Shown here piece by piece: positions 37,452 through 47,677 of a stretch of DNA of 64,000 bases. This DNA comes from Clostridia bacterium (GTDB taxonomy: Bacteria > Bacillota > Clostridia > Oscillospirales > CAG-382): contig JAFYPA010000025.1 of NCBI GenBank assembly GCA_017560085.1, positions 1,619-65,618 of the forward strand, read 5' to 3'. A model generated the notes under the pieces. That model made no database searches, was not told where the DNA came from, and saw only the letters and a program-made list of their open reading frames with translations. A program made the position numbers and the translations under genes. Position 1 is the first letter of the stretch. The number at the start of each line of letters is the position of its first letter.

Positions 37452-38327
37452 AAATAGGTAATAGTGAAGAGTGAAGAGTGAATAAGTAAGGTGAAAATTT
37501 TTCGGGGGAAAAATTTTTATTTATTTTAAATTGGTACAGTGCGAATTACATTCGTTGCGATTCCTATTACTTGGCACAAAGAAGGAGAGTTTTCGAAATA
37601 TACAATTAGGCTAAAACAGGCAATGAAAGGATATATTCCGACAACTTAATTACATAATGGAGGGTTTTTTATGCATGCTATAGATGAGTTGATAAAAATG
37701 CTATATGCAGTTAATCCACAAGAAATCCAGAATGAAGGTATTCGGCTTGCGCGTGAAGTGGAGCATATTGCGGTTTTTATTCTACCACCGGACAGTGGGG
37801 CTTGGGAAAACTGCGCTAAAATTCTCGCAGAACGAGATGATAAAACACTAAAACCTTATTTAATAGATATTTTTGAATGGTTGATGGATATGACTTATCC
37901 AGGGGCTTTCATTATATATGACAGATTATTAAGGTATGAAAAGAATCAACATTTTTTTTGGTGTGTGGAAATGTGTACAAAATATGCAAAGGTGATAAAC
38001 GAGTATCCTTGGTATCACAATATGATCTCATTAATTGGCGGTAAAGATGAGTGGGATAAATTATAGTTGATTGTTTGGTTAATTATCCGACCCGAACGCA
38101 GAAATTCATAAAGTTCTGTTTTTGGTAAAATTCCGATGTGGTAGCCGTAAGTTTTGTTGAATTTCCGTGCAGAATAACAAATTCGCACAGCAACAATTTT
38201 AAATAATAAAAATTTTTCTTACAGAAAAATTTTCACCTAAATTCCGAATTTCAAGATTGCGAAGCAATCCCATTATGCATTATGCATTATGCATTATGCA
38301 TTGGAAAGAATCCTTCGGATTCTTTCC
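37452..38327. mobile_element. Putative non-autonomous element with 59-bp inverted repeats and heptamer-repeat flanks, carrying a cargo gene
   Basis: IRs 37489-37547 / 38180-38238 (first 15 bp identical); (GTGAAGA)n on the left, (CATTATG)4 on the right; AT-rich interior. Confidence 0.6.
37671..38066 (+). CDS. DUF5071-like protein, AT-rich and probably foreign
   Basis: WENCAKIL..LKPYL..IFEWLMDMTYPGA..I..RL; SD GGAGG; TTA/CTA/CCA codons that are uncommon in the highly biased neighbouring genes. Confidence 0.7.
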   Translation: MHAIDELIKMLYAVNPQEIQNEGIRLAREVEHIAVFILPPDSGAWENCAKILAERDDKTLKPYLIDIFEWLMDMTYPGAFIIYDRLLRYEKNQHFFWCVEMCTKYAKVINEYPWYHNMISLIGGKDEWDKL

Positions 38328-38352
38328 CTCCCATCCCGAAAGGTGGTATAAT

Positions 38353-40887
38353 ATGTCAGAAACAAAATCATATACAGTCAGCGGAATGACCTGTGCCGCT
38401 TGCAGTGCGAGAGTGGAGAAGGCGGCTCTGGGCGTTGACGGAGTTGAAAGCTGTGCCGTGAATCTTCTTACGGGGAGTATGACGGTTACGGGCGAAATGA
38501 CCGACATAGCTGTGATTTCTGCCGTGGAAAAGGCGGGATACGGATGTATTTGCGCTGACGGTGGTTCTCGCAGAGAGACAGGGAAAAGTGATAGCGGTAA
38601 TGCTTATGAAAAGGAATCACGGGTGCTGATTTCACGGCTTTTGTCCTCGCTTGGGTTCCTTGCGGTGCTGATGTACTTCTCTATGGGACATAATATGCTC
38701 GGACTTCCGCTTCCTTCCTTCTTTGACGGCAATCCCATTGCCGTGGGACTTGTGCAGATGCTATGCGCTCTTGCGGTTATGATTATCGGCGGAAGATTCT
38801 TTGTCAGCGGTGCAAAATCGGTTTTGAGGCTTTCTCCCAATATGGACGCCCTTGTGGCAATCGGATCGGGGGCGGCGTTTGTGTACAGTACTGCGGTGCT
38901 GTTTGTTATGAGCGACTACGCCTTTAAGGGCGAGATTGCTATGGCAAGCCATCAGCTCCATAACCTCTACTTCGAGTCTGCGGCTATGATTCTTGCACTT
39001 GTTACAGTCGGAAAAGCACTCGAGGCACGCTCAAAGGCTAAAACGGGCGACGCGCTCCGAGGACTTCAAAGCCTTATGCCTGAAACGGCTACCGTTATCC
39101 GTGACGGAGTTGAGGTTAAAATCCCCGTTGCCGAGCTCGTTCCGGGGGATGTCTTCATTGTAAGACCGGGCGAGCAGATTTCCACAGACGGCTTTATCAT
39201 TGAGGGTCATACCGCCGTCAACGAATCGGCTGTCACCGGCGAGAGCGTGCCTGCGGAAAAAAGCGTCGGCGATACCGTCACCGGTGCTACAGTCAATACC
39301 TCGGGCTTTATAAAATGCCGTGCAACAAGAGTCGGTAACGATACCGTGCTTTCAAAAATAATAGAAACCGTCAGCGATGCTAACGCAACTAAAGCTCCAA
39401 TTGCAAAGACTGCAGATAAGGTCGCTTCCGTGTTTGTTCCTGCGGTTATGGGCGTGGCGCTTGTTACCGCAATCGTGTGGCCAGTACTCGGTCAAAGCTT
39501 CGGATTTGCTCTTGCAAGAGCGGTTTCCGTGCTTGTTATAAGCTGTCCCTGCTCGCTGGGACTTGCAACTCCCGTTGCCATTATGGTGGGAAGCGGTGTC
39601 GGTGCGAAAAACGGCATCCTCTTCAAGAGTGCGGAAATGCTCGAAATCTGCGGAAGAGTCAATACCGTGGTGCTTGACAAAACAGGCACCGTCACAAGCG
39701 GAAGCCTTGCGGTAAACGGCGTTTATCCCGAAAAGGGAGTTTCCTCGGACGAGCTTCTTTCTGTCGCTCTCACCCTTGAGGAGAAAAGCGAGCATCCGCT
39801 TGCAAGGGCGGTTGTTGATTTCTGCAATTCCAAGGGAATCAAAAGTAAAAGCTGCGACGACTTCTGCGCAGACGTCGGAAGCGGTGTCCGCTGTGTGATA
39901 GAAACCAAGCCCTGCTTCGGCGGTAAAATAGGCTATCTCGAGGAAAAGGGCATAAATATTCCCGCGGGAGCAAAGGAAAAGGCGGACAGCCTTTCCGAAA
40001 AGGGCAGTACACCTCTGTTTTTCGCCTGTGGCGGAAAATATCTCGGAATCATCTCCGCCGCGGATACCATAAAGCCCGACAGTAAATTCGCAGGAGAAGC
40101 CTTCAGAAAAATGGGCATCGAAACGGTGCTTCTCTCCGGTGACAACGCCCTTGTGACAAGGGCAATCGCCGAAAAGGCGGGCATAGAAAGGGCAATTTCC
40201 AACGCAACTCCCTCGGAGAAGGCGGATAGGATTACCGAGCTTCGCAAAAACGGTAAGGTCGCAATGGTCGGTGACGGAATCAACGATGCCCCCGCACTTG
40301 CATCTGCGGATGTGGGTATGGCAATCGGTACGGGAACGGACGTTGCCAGAGATACGGCGGGCGTTATTCTTATGAACGGAAGCCTTGTTTCCGCAGTTAA
40401 CGGCATTAAGCTTTCCCGCGCGGTGCTTCGCAATATAAAGCAGAATCTGTTCTGGGCGTTTTTCTATAACTGCATAGGCATTCCCGTGGCGGCAGGCGCG
40501 CTCTCGCCCGTCGGAATTACACTGAGTCCCATGATAGGTGCTCTGGCTATGGGTCTTTCAAGTGTATTTGTGGTTTCAAATGCGTTAAGGCTTAACTCGT
40601 TCAGAGCGGAAAAGGCGGAAATTGCCGAAAACACCGAAAAACGGACAACAGAAATAATTATTGAAGAATCCACGGAGGAAAACACAATGGAAAAAGTATT
40701 TGAAGTAAAGGGCATGATGTGCCACCACTGCGAAAATCACGTAAAGAAGGCACTTGAGGCAATCGACGGCGTTACCGAGGCAATTGCAAGTCACACAGAG
40801 GGCAAGGTTACGGTTAAGCTTTCGGGAGACGTTGCGGATGAGGTGATTAAGTCTGCAATAGTTGAAGAAGGATATGAGGTTGGATAA
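38353..40887 (+). CDS. copA: Copper-translocating P1B-type ATPase with N- and C-terminal HMA domains
   Basis: GMTCAAC, TGES, CPC, DKTGT, SEHPL, GDGIND, YN..GIP, C-terminal GMMCHHC; start moved to ATG 38353. Confidence 0.93.
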   Translation: MSETKSYTVSGMTCAACSARVEKAALGVDGVESCAVNLLTGSMTVTGEMTDIAVISAVEKAGYGCICADGGSRRETGKSDSGNAYEKESRVLISRLLSSLGFLAVLMYFSMGHNMLGLPLPSFFDGNPIAVGLVQMLCALAVMIIGGRFFVSGAKSVLRLSPNMDALVAIGSGAAFVYSTAVLFVMSDYAFKGEIAMASHQLHNLYFESAAMILALVTVGKALEARSKAKTGDALRGLQSLMPETATVIRDGVEVKIPVAELVPGDVFIVRPGEQISTDGFIIEGHTAVNESAVTGESVPAEKSVGDTVTGATVNTSGFIKCRATRVGNDTVLSKIIETVSDANATKAPIAKTADKVASVFVPAVMGVALVTAIVWPVLGQSFGFALARAVSVLVISCPCSLGLATPVAIMVGSGVGAKNGILFKSAEMLEICGRVNTVVLDKTGTVTSGSLAVNGVYPEKGVSSDELLSVALTLEEKSEHPLARAVVDFCNSKGIKSKSCDDFCADVGSGVRCVIETKPCFGGKIGYLEEKGINIPAGAKEKADSLSEKGSTPLFFACGGKYLGIISAADTIKPDSKFAGEAFRKMGIETVLLSGDNALVTRAIAEKAGIERAISNATPSEKADRITELRKNGKVAMVGDGINDAPALASADVGMAIGTGTDVARDTAGVILMNGSLVSAVNGIKLSRAVLRNIKQNLFWAFFYNCIGIPVAAGALSPVGITLSPMIGALAMGLSSVFVVSNALRLNSFRAEKAEIAENTEKRTTEIIIEESTEENTMEKVFEVKGMMCHHCENHVKKALEAIDGVTEAIASHTEGKVTVKLSGDVADEVIKSAIVEEGYEVG

Positions 40888-40961
40888 TGGATAATGCATA
40901 ATGCATAATGCATAATGCATAATCAAGACTGCTTCGCAGTCTTAGGTGAAGATTTTTCGGG
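40882..40961 (+). repeat. Half element: (AATGCAT)n + AAGACTGC-TTC-GCAGTCTT hairpin + AGGTGAAGATTTTTC
   Basis: 40914-40943 is identical to 15362-15391 (30 nt); the heptamer run overlaps the copA stop codon. Confidence 0.85.
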
Positions 40962-41115
40962 GAGCTCGGTGTGGGCTTCCCGATTTTGCTTATTAAAAAA
41001 GTACATTTTTGATAAAATATATTAAAATATGATACTTTTTACTATTTACTTTTGACAAAATATAGTGTATAATAAAATTGTCTTAATATATTTCTATAAA
41101 GAAAGGAAGAAAAAC

Positions 41116-44100
41116 ATGAAAAAGACAGCAAAGCTTTTGAGCGTGATTCTTGCCGTTATTATGATGACAACCATGATTCCGGTAACTATGCTCAATTCTA
41201 TGGCAGCTCCCACATCCTCGACCGTTGTTTACATTATGGCAGACGGCTCGGGTAACGGTACTGCTCCCGATAAGCCTACAACTCTTGTTAAGGCTATCAC
41301 AACTCTCGATGCCGCAGGTGGCGGTACAATAGTACTTGTAGGACCTACAAATCTTACAAGCAACATTCTTCTCGGTAACAACTCCCCCGACATCACAATC
41401 AAGGTTACATCCGTGTACGGTGGCGTTGACTACAGAGAAACAGCAAATGCGGCTCTCGTATTTACAAAGGACTGGATTAACGTATCCTCCAAAAATGTAT
41501 TTGAATACGAGAACATAAATTTCCTTATGCAGGGTGCAAACTGCTCCTTCTTCGGTAACGGCTTCCCGCTTACCTTCGGTAAGGGTGTTAAGGTTATTAT
41601 CGCAGAGGGCCGCGATGCCAAGGATGTAAAGAACTATCCCAACATCTATGGTGGCTCCGCACACGACCTTTCAGGTACAACAAACTTCCCCGCACATACA
41701 TCCATCACCGTTCTTTCCGGTACATTCAGAAGTGTATATCCCAGCGGCTTCGGTACTGAGGCAAAGCCCAGACCTTCTCTCTCCGCAACACTTGCTATCT
41801 CCTCCAAGGTTAAGATTATGCACGCCCTCGGATATGAGTACAACGCTCCTCACTCCAAGATTGAAGGCGATGTTACTCTTATCACAATCGACGGCAGGCA
41901 CGAAGCTCTCAAGCACGATACCGAAAAGAAGGTTGTTGAGGTTTCAGGCGGTAACGGTCACGTTTCCGGTATCGCGCCCGGCAAGGTAATGATCTGTGCC
42001 GACACAGGCTATGCCGCAAAGATTGGCGACAAGGTTGTTCCCAACGGCGCTTACGAGTTCGATGGTGCTGAGCTCAAGGTTACATTCGTTGAGTCCGACA
42101 TCAACAGGGAAGCAGAGCTTGCTCTCACACGCCCCACACTTCCCGCCGCAATTCCCGGAGAATACATCAAGGGCTATGACAACGGCGACGGAACATTCTC
42201 CTTCAAGCCCTCGGGCAACATCACGATTGCAGAGGCTTCCACAATCCTTGTCCGTCTTATGACAACAGAGGACGCAATCAAGGGTCAGTACACAACAGAT
42301 AAGGCAAAGGAAAGCGACTGGTTCTACAACAACATCGCATACCTCGATGCTTACGGCTCCTTCGACACATTCGACAACTTTGACGGCAACCGTCAGATTA
42401 CAAGAGCGGAATTCGTAAAGCTTGTTTCTCTCTACAGAAAGATACTTGCAAAGACTACGGAAGAAATCAAGTTCACCGACGTTTCTGCAGACTACAAGTA
42501 TGCAGACTGCATCAAGACCGCTACAATGGGTAAGATTGTAAACGGCTACGACAACGGTGACGGCACATTCTCCTTCAAGCCCGACGCTCCCATCACAAGA
42601 GCAGAGGTTGTAACGGTTATCAACAGAATCTTTGATATGGCTGACCTTGCTCCCATCAAGTACAAGGACAAGCTTCCCAACTTCTCCGACGTTGACATTA
42701 CTCACTGGGCAGCATACCAGATTATTGCTGCGGCAGGCGGTAAGGATAAGCCCGCTGAAAAGCAGGAAATCACAGGTACAGGTGAGGTTGAGCACACAGT
42801 TGCAGGTAATGTTGTATTCGTTAAGGACGGTGGCGAGGGCGACGGCTCCTCCGCTGAAAAGGCAACAACCTGGAACAAGGGTGTGGGACTTATCAAGGAA
42901 AGCGGTACAGTAGTTGTCTGCGGTCCTGTTGAGTTCAACTCCAACTTCAGATTCTCCGGCGGTCATACCGGCACACAGATTATCACATCCGTTTACGACG
43001 GTGTTGACTACAGAGCAACAGCAGATGCGGCTATCATCTTCGGCTCCAACTGGAGAAATGGTGTTCCCGCAGGTACAACAATTTTCGATAACATCGCATT
43101 TATTTCAAAAGGTTCAAACTGCTCCATCTACTGCGACAACCAGAACGTAACCTTCGGTAAGGACGTTGTATGTGTAATTGAAAGCGGTGCTCCCATCGCT
43201 CTCTACGGTGGCTCTGCAAACGACCTGAGCGCTTGTGTAAACTACATTGATTCTACAAGCACAGCAGTTGCACACACCGGCAATTACTTTGCAAACCTCA
43301 CAATTAACGGCGGTACATGGGGTAACATCTCCGGTACAGGTAACGGCAGTGAAGCAAAGCCCAGAGAAAACAACGGCTCTGCAATCACAATTTCCGGCGA
43401 AGTAATCGCAGGCTCTATTACCTGCGGTAACAGCACAACTATGGGTAAAAGAGTAAACGGTCTTCGTACACTCGTACTCAACAACTACGGCGCTGCTACA
43501 ATCGATCCCGTTCACTATGACATCATTGTAAGCGTTAAGGCTGAGGCTGAAGCTAAGGTTGTAGGCATGACAAAGGAAAGCGTTACTATCCTTGTTACAG
43601 CCAACGACGGCTCCAAGGTTCAGGGCGTTAACGACGACGGCACAATCACATTCGAGGGTGAAGGCTCTCTTATCGTTACAGGCACAGGCAACGCAATCAC
43701 AGCCGTAAAGGGTGGCAAGACTGCAATTGACGGCGTTGTTGACGAAAACGTTGAGTTTGTAACAGACGAATATCTCAAGGAGCTTGATGCTCGTCAGGCA
43801 CAGAGAAAGGCAGAAATTCTCGCAACAGTTTCCACAATCAAGCCCAAGGAAGGCAAGAAGGCATACTATGTTTCCTCCTCCGCAGGTAACGACGAAAACG
43901 ACGGTCTTTCCGCTGACAAGCCCTTCAAGACAATCACAAAGGTAAATGCGGCAAATCTCGTACCGGGCGACGTTGTTTACTTCAAGCGCGGCGACGAATG
44001 GAGAGGTACAACTCTTAAGGCAAAGAACGGCGTATCCTACACAGCATACGGCGAAGGCGCAAAGCCCGTAATCAGCCTTTCTCCCTTCGACGGTGCAAAG

Positions 44101-45201
44101 CACGGTACATGGACACCCGTTGAGGGCTATACCAATGTATACAAGTACAGCGAGCTCTTTACAGAGGACATCGGATCTCTCGCATTCAACGAAAGAACAT
44201 TTACAGAAATCTATGCACAGAAGATACTCTTCGACTTTATCGGCAAGGATCCCGCAAAGCCTCACTTCAGAGGCGATCCCGCAGACAAGATTGCAGAGGA
44301 TCAGCTTTCCTACCTCAAGAACGACCTTGACTTCTGGCACGATACAAAGGGTCCCAACATCACATATGCAAAGGGCGGCGAGCTTTATCTCCGTTCCGAC
44401 AAGGGCAACCCCGCTGAAAGATTTACAAACATCGAATTCAACCCCAGAGCAAGCTGTATTACGGTAGGTAATGCTGTTGACGTAACAATCGACAACCTTA
44501 CAATCCGTCACGCAGGTGTTCACGGTGTTTCCTCCTCCACAACAAGAAACCTCACAGTTACAAACTGTGTATTCGAATGGATCGGCGGCGGTGTACAGAA
44601 CTACAACGACGGCTCTTACGTAAGACTTGGTAACGCAGTAGAAATCTACGGCGGATGCGAGGGCTACATTGTTGACAACTGCTACATCGAGCAGGTTTAC
44701 GATGCAGGTGTTACACATCAGGTTTCTCACGAATCCGACGGTGACTATGTTATGAAGGATGTAACATACTCCAACAATGTAATTCTCAACTGTATCTACT
44801 CCATCGAGCACTTCAACAGAGCTCGTGCGAACACAACAAGATATCTTGTAAACATCAACTACAAGAACAATCTCTGCAGATATGCGGGCTACTGCTTCGG
44901 TAACACAAGACCCGACAAGACAGTTGCGTCCCACATTCGTTCCGGTACTATTGTTGACACAGCGAACTTCGTTGTAGAAAACAATGTATTCGACAGATCC
45001 ACGGTACAGCTCTTCAAGCTTCAGGCAGGCGGTGACGAGCAGATTCAGTGGAAGAACAATGTATACATCCACAGACTCGGTGCTTCCTACGGTACAATGA
45101 CAGGTGTAAGCATTACTTACAACGGCAACATTTCCAAGGAAGTTGAAAGATACTTTGCATTCCCCGAGGTTAACGGAAAGTATCTCTTTATTAAGGAATA
45201 A
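41116..45201 (+). CDS. SLH-anchored right-handed beta-helix protein (paralog 3, different accessory modules)
   Basis: Two modules with TSVY(G/D)GVDYR..A.AA..F, SLH repeats, YYVSS..GNDENDG, RLGNAVEIYG, YDAGVTHQ. Confidence 0.88.
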   Translation: MKKTAKLLSVILAVIMMTTMIPVTMLNSMAAPTSSTVVYIMADGSGNGTAPDKPTTLVKAITTLDAAGGGTIVLVGPTNLTSNILLGNNSPDITIKVTSVYGGVDYRETANAALVFTKDWINVSSKNVFEYENINFLMQGANCSFFGNGFPLTFGKGVKVIIAEGRDAKDVKNYPNIYGGSAHDLSGTTNFPAHTSITVLSGTFRSVYPSGFGTEAKPRPSLSATLAISSKVKIMHALGYEYNAPHSKIEGDVTLITIDGRHEALKHDTEKKVVEVSGGNGHVSGIAPGKVMICADTGYAAKIGDKVVPNGAYEFDGAELKVTFVESDINREAELALTRPTLPAAIPGEYIKGYDNGDGTFSFKPSGNITIAEASTILVRLMTTEDAIKGQYTTDKAKESDWFYNNIAYLDAYGSFDTFDNFDGNRQITRAEFVKLVSLYRKILAKTTEEIKFTDVSADYKYADCIKTATMGKIVNGYDNGDGTFSFKPDAPITRAEVVTVINRIFDMADLAPIKYKDKLPNFSDVDITHWAAYQIIAAAGGKDKPAEKQEITGTGEVEHTVAGNVVFVKDGGEGDGSSAEKATTWNKGVGLIKESGTVVVCGPVEFNSNFRFSGGHTGTQIITSVYDGVDYRATADAAIIFGSNWRNGVPAGTTIFDNIAFISKGSNCSIYCDNQNVTFGKDVVCVIESGAPIALYGGSANDLSACVNYIDSTSTAVAHTGNYFANLTINGGTWGNISGTGNGSEAKPRENNGSAITISGEVIAGSITCGNSTTMGKRVNGLRTLVLNNYGAATIDPVHYDIIVSVKAEAEAKVVGMTKESVTILVTANDGSKVQGVNDDGTITFEGEGSLIVTGTGNAITAVKGGKTAIDGVVDENVEFVTDEYLKELDARQAQRKAEILATVSTIKPKEGKKAYYVSSSAGNDENDGLSADKPFKTITKVNAANLVPGDVVYFKRGDEWRGTTLKAKNGVSYTAYGEGAKPVISLSPFDGAKHGTWTPVEGYTNVYKYSELFTEDIGSLAFNERTFTEIYAQKILFDFIGKDPAKPHFRGDPADKIAEDQLSYLKNDLDFWHDTKGPNITYAKGGELYLRSDKGNPAERFTNIEFNPRASCITVGNAVDVTIDNLTIRHAGVHGVSSSTTRNLTVTNCVFEWIGGGVQNYNDGSYVRLGNAVEIYGGCEGYIVDNCYIEQVYDAGVTHQVSHESDGDYVMKDVTYSNNVILNCIYSIEHFNRARANTTRYLVNINYKNNLCRYAGYCFGNTRPDKTVASHIRSGTIVDTANFVVENNVFDRSTVQLFKLQAGGDEQIQWKNNVYIHRLGASYGTMTGVSITYNGNISKEVERYFAFPEVNGKYLFIKE

Positions 45202-45222
45202 TCCGCAGAAGGATAAAAATTA

Positions 45223-45259
45223 CGGCTCTCTCCAAAATAACGGAGGGAGCCGATTTTTT
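45223..45259 (+). terminator. Intrinsic terminator
   Basis: CGGCTCTCTCC..GGAGGGAGCCG followed by a T-tract. Confidence 0.8.
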
Positions 45260-45760
45260 AATGCATAATGCATAATGCATAATGCATAATGCATAATCGG
45301 AATGCATAATCGGAATGCACAATTCACAATGCACAATGCACAATTGATGTTGATTGCTTCGCAATCTTCGGTGGATTAAATTCAGACAGCAATAATTTTT
45401 ATCTCTGAGAGCTGACCGTGGGGTGGGAGGATTGCACGGAATAAGGTTGTAGTTTAGTAAACTTGGATTACCTCCACCCTAATCTGCGACGATGCCGTGG
45501 GTTGGCATCGTTGCACGGAATATGGTTGCCCTTTAGTAAACTTGGACTACCTCCACCCTAATCTGCGACGCGACCTTGGGTCGGGAGCGTTGCACGGAAT
45601 TCCTTGCCCTTTATAACAGCAGAACGGTACGCAACAGAACGCCCACAGCACTTCCTAACATAAAACCCGGCGCAAGGAGCGAATGCGAGTGGAGCCATCC
45701 TATTCAAAGTTTTGGTCTCGCTTTTTCAAAAGCGAGCCGTCGGAGACCTCCCGTAAAAAA
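45260..45760. repeat. Composite element: heptamer array, hairpin, 79-bp tandem repeats and 32-bp module
   Basis: (AATGCAT)5 plus variants; 45349-45370 identical to 49199-49220; TTGCACGGAAT at 45432, 45511, 45590; 45704-45735 identical to 6450-6481. Confidence 0.85.
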
Positions 45761-45789
45761 AGCCGTACCAATTGGCACGGCTTGGTTTG

Positions 45790-46437
45790 TTATCTTTTGG
45801 GTCTTGCGACGAGGCGGTTGATGGTGAAGCCGCGGGCGCTGAAGGTGGCTTCGTATTCGGTTACGACGTTGTCGGCGTTGTAGGGGGAGTTGTGGAGGTC
45901 GAAGGTAACGTCGGAGAGCTCGTAGCCTGCTTCGGGGAATTCTTCGAGTGAGAAGTCGAAGAAGGGACGGTTGTCGGTTTTGAAGTAGAGAACACCGTCG
46001 GGAGCGAGGAGATTCTTGTAGATTTCGAGGAAGGCTCTGTAGGTGAGTCGTCTCTTGGCGTGGCGGGACTTCGGCCACGGGTCGGAGAAGTTCAGATAGA
46101 TTTCGTCTATTTCACCGGGGGCGAAAAACTTGGGGAGATCTCTTGCATCACCTGCTATGAAGCGAACATTGTCAATCTCTTCGTCTGCCGTGATTTTTTC
46201 CATAGCGAGCATTATTACATCTCTTACCACTTCCATCGCTACAAAGAATCTGTCATCCTTGTGCTTCTTGGACATTCCGTATACAAAGCTGCCCTTGCCA
46301 CAGCCGATTTCAAGACAGAGCTTTCTGCCGCCGCACAGCTCGTGCCATTTGCCCATGTATTCCTCGGGATTCGTTATGTTTACACTCTCGCAGGCAAGAA
46401 TTCTGTCCTCCGTGTGCTTTTTCTTTCTCATTCTCAT
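45790..46437 (-). CDS. trmB: tRNA (guanine-N7)-methyltransferase
   Basis: LEIGCGKG, IYLNFSDPWPKSRHAKRRLT, FKTDN, TEYE. Confidence 0.96.
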   Translation of the reverse strand: MRMRKKKHTEDRILACESVNITNPEEYMGKWHELCGGRKLCLEIGCGKGSFVYGMSKKHKDDRFFVAMEVVRDVIMLAMEKITADEEIDNVRFIAGDARDLPKFFAPGEIDEIYLNFSDPWPKSRHAKRRLTYRAFLEIYKNLLAPDGVLYFKTDNRPFFDFSLEEFPEAGYELSDVTFDLHNSPYNADNVVTEYEATFSARGFTINRLVARPKR

Positions 46438-46590
46438 TGTCAGTACCTCTTTATATCCGATTTTTTATCCAAATTTTGTGCCGAAAAATTAACGCATAAT
46501 TTCCGACCTTTTGCAGAAAATATAACCGTCGCAAGAGCTTTGCGTACAAATGCTATCAAACGCAATCAATACCTGAAAGGATGAAAATAT

Positions 46591-46794
46591 ATGCTTGACA
46601 GAATCGCACTTATCCTTGCCGTCGTCGGCGGTCTTAACTGGGGCCTCGTGGGACTCTTCGGCTTTGACCTTGTCGCCTGGCTTTTCGGCTCTCAGACAGC
46701 AGTGCTTGCAAGAGTCGTGTACGTCGTCGTGGCTCTCAGCGCTCTCTGGTGTACCTCTCTTCTGTTCAGAGACAGAGAAGAAAAGGCAAAGTAA
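46591..46794 (+). CDS. DUF378 family small membrane protein
   Basis: IALILAVVGGLNWGLVGLFGFDLVA. Confidence 0.9.
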   Translation: MLDRIALILAVVGGLNWGLVGLFGFDLVAWLFGSQTAVLARVVYVVVALSALWCTSLLFRDREEKAK

Positions 46795-46865
46795 AGCCCT
46801 CTTATCCGTCGCTTCGGATTATGTCCGACGGCGGATTTTTTCAGCCGTTTTTTAACCTTTTACCC

Positions 46866-47660
46866 TTAAAGAAGGGGAGTTATGTCCTTGACGGAAGCGA
46901 ACTTCAGGTCGGGAAGCTCCTCGGGCTGTGCCTTTCCCAGCATTTCCTCCGTGGTCTCACCGCTCATAACAAGCACCGCACAAAGTCCGTTCTTCTTGCC
47001 GAGCGCAATGTCCGTGTAAAGTCTGTCGCCTACCATTGCGGTCTTCTTTCTTTCTATACCCGAAAGAAGCTCTATCATCTCCGCAGTTTCCGCGTAGGGC
47101 TTGCCGAAATACTTCGGCTCCTTGCCCGTGGAAAGAGTTACCGCTCCGCAGATTGCTCCGCTGTCGGGGATAAAGCCGTCGGGCGTGGGACAGTTGATGT
47201 CGGGATGAGTGGAGTAGAAAATTGCTCCGTTTCTTATAAGAGTACACGCTCTTTCGAGCTTTTCGTAGGTAAGAGTAAGGTCGAAGCTTACCACAACAAT
47301 TTTTGCATCGTCGGAAAGCGGAATTCCCGCATCGTTAAAGCTCTTTTCAAGATTCTTTGTGCCAACGAGATATACGCTTTCACCCTTGTGATACTTATTA
47401 AGATATGCGGTTGTTACATCACCCGAGGTAACAACGTTCTTTCTCTCACAGGGGAAGCCCAGACGGCCCAGCTTGTTTACATAGTCCTCGGGAGCCTTGG
47501 AGGCGTTGTTGGTGAAGTAAATCATCTTTCTTCCGCTCTCGATTATTCTGTTGCAGAATTCTCTCGCACCGTCGATTACATTGTCACCGAGGTAAATCGT
47601 GCCGTCCATATCAAGCACGAAAAGGTCTATGCCGTCTATCGTCTTTTTTACGTCTGTCAT
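46866..47660 (-). CDS. HAD-IIA family hydrolase (NagD-like)
   Basis: LDMDGTIY, TNN, GKP, MVGDRLYTDI. Confidence 0.93.
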   Translation of the reverse strand: MTDVKKTIDGIDLFVLDMDGTIYLGDNVIDGAREFCNRIIESGRKMIYFTNNASKAPEDYVNKLGRLGFPCERKNVVTSGDVTTAYLNKYHKGESVYLVGTKNLEKSFNDAGIPLSDDAKIVVVSFDLTLTYEKLERACTLIRNGAIFYSTHPDINCPTPDGFIPDSGAICGAVTLSTGKEPKYFGKPYAETAEMIELLSGIERKKTAMVGDRLYTDIALGKKNGLCAVLVMSGETTEEMLGKAQPEELPDLKFASVKDITPLL

Positions 47661-47677
47661 AGCTGTACTCCAATTTA

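Noticed and set aside
38257-38352. N-terminal extension of CopA in the ORF track
   Set aside because: Translates the heptamer/hairpin repeat; SD GAAAGGTGG supports ATG 38353.
43114-45072. 652-aa minus-strand ORF, and similar long antisense ORFs at 9551-10726, 35302-36330, 41944-42966, 50863-51639
   Set aside because: Same shadow effect opposite well-supported genes; no SD and no recognisable motifs.
45400-45612. Possible CRISPR array
   Set aside because: Only 2-3 units, the constant part is much longer than the 17-nt variable part, the variable part is itself a hairpin, and no cas genes are present.
46494-46525. Sporulation sigma-factor promoter upstream of the DUF378 gene
   Set aside because: GCATA-N17-GAAAATA is only a loose match; too weak to call.
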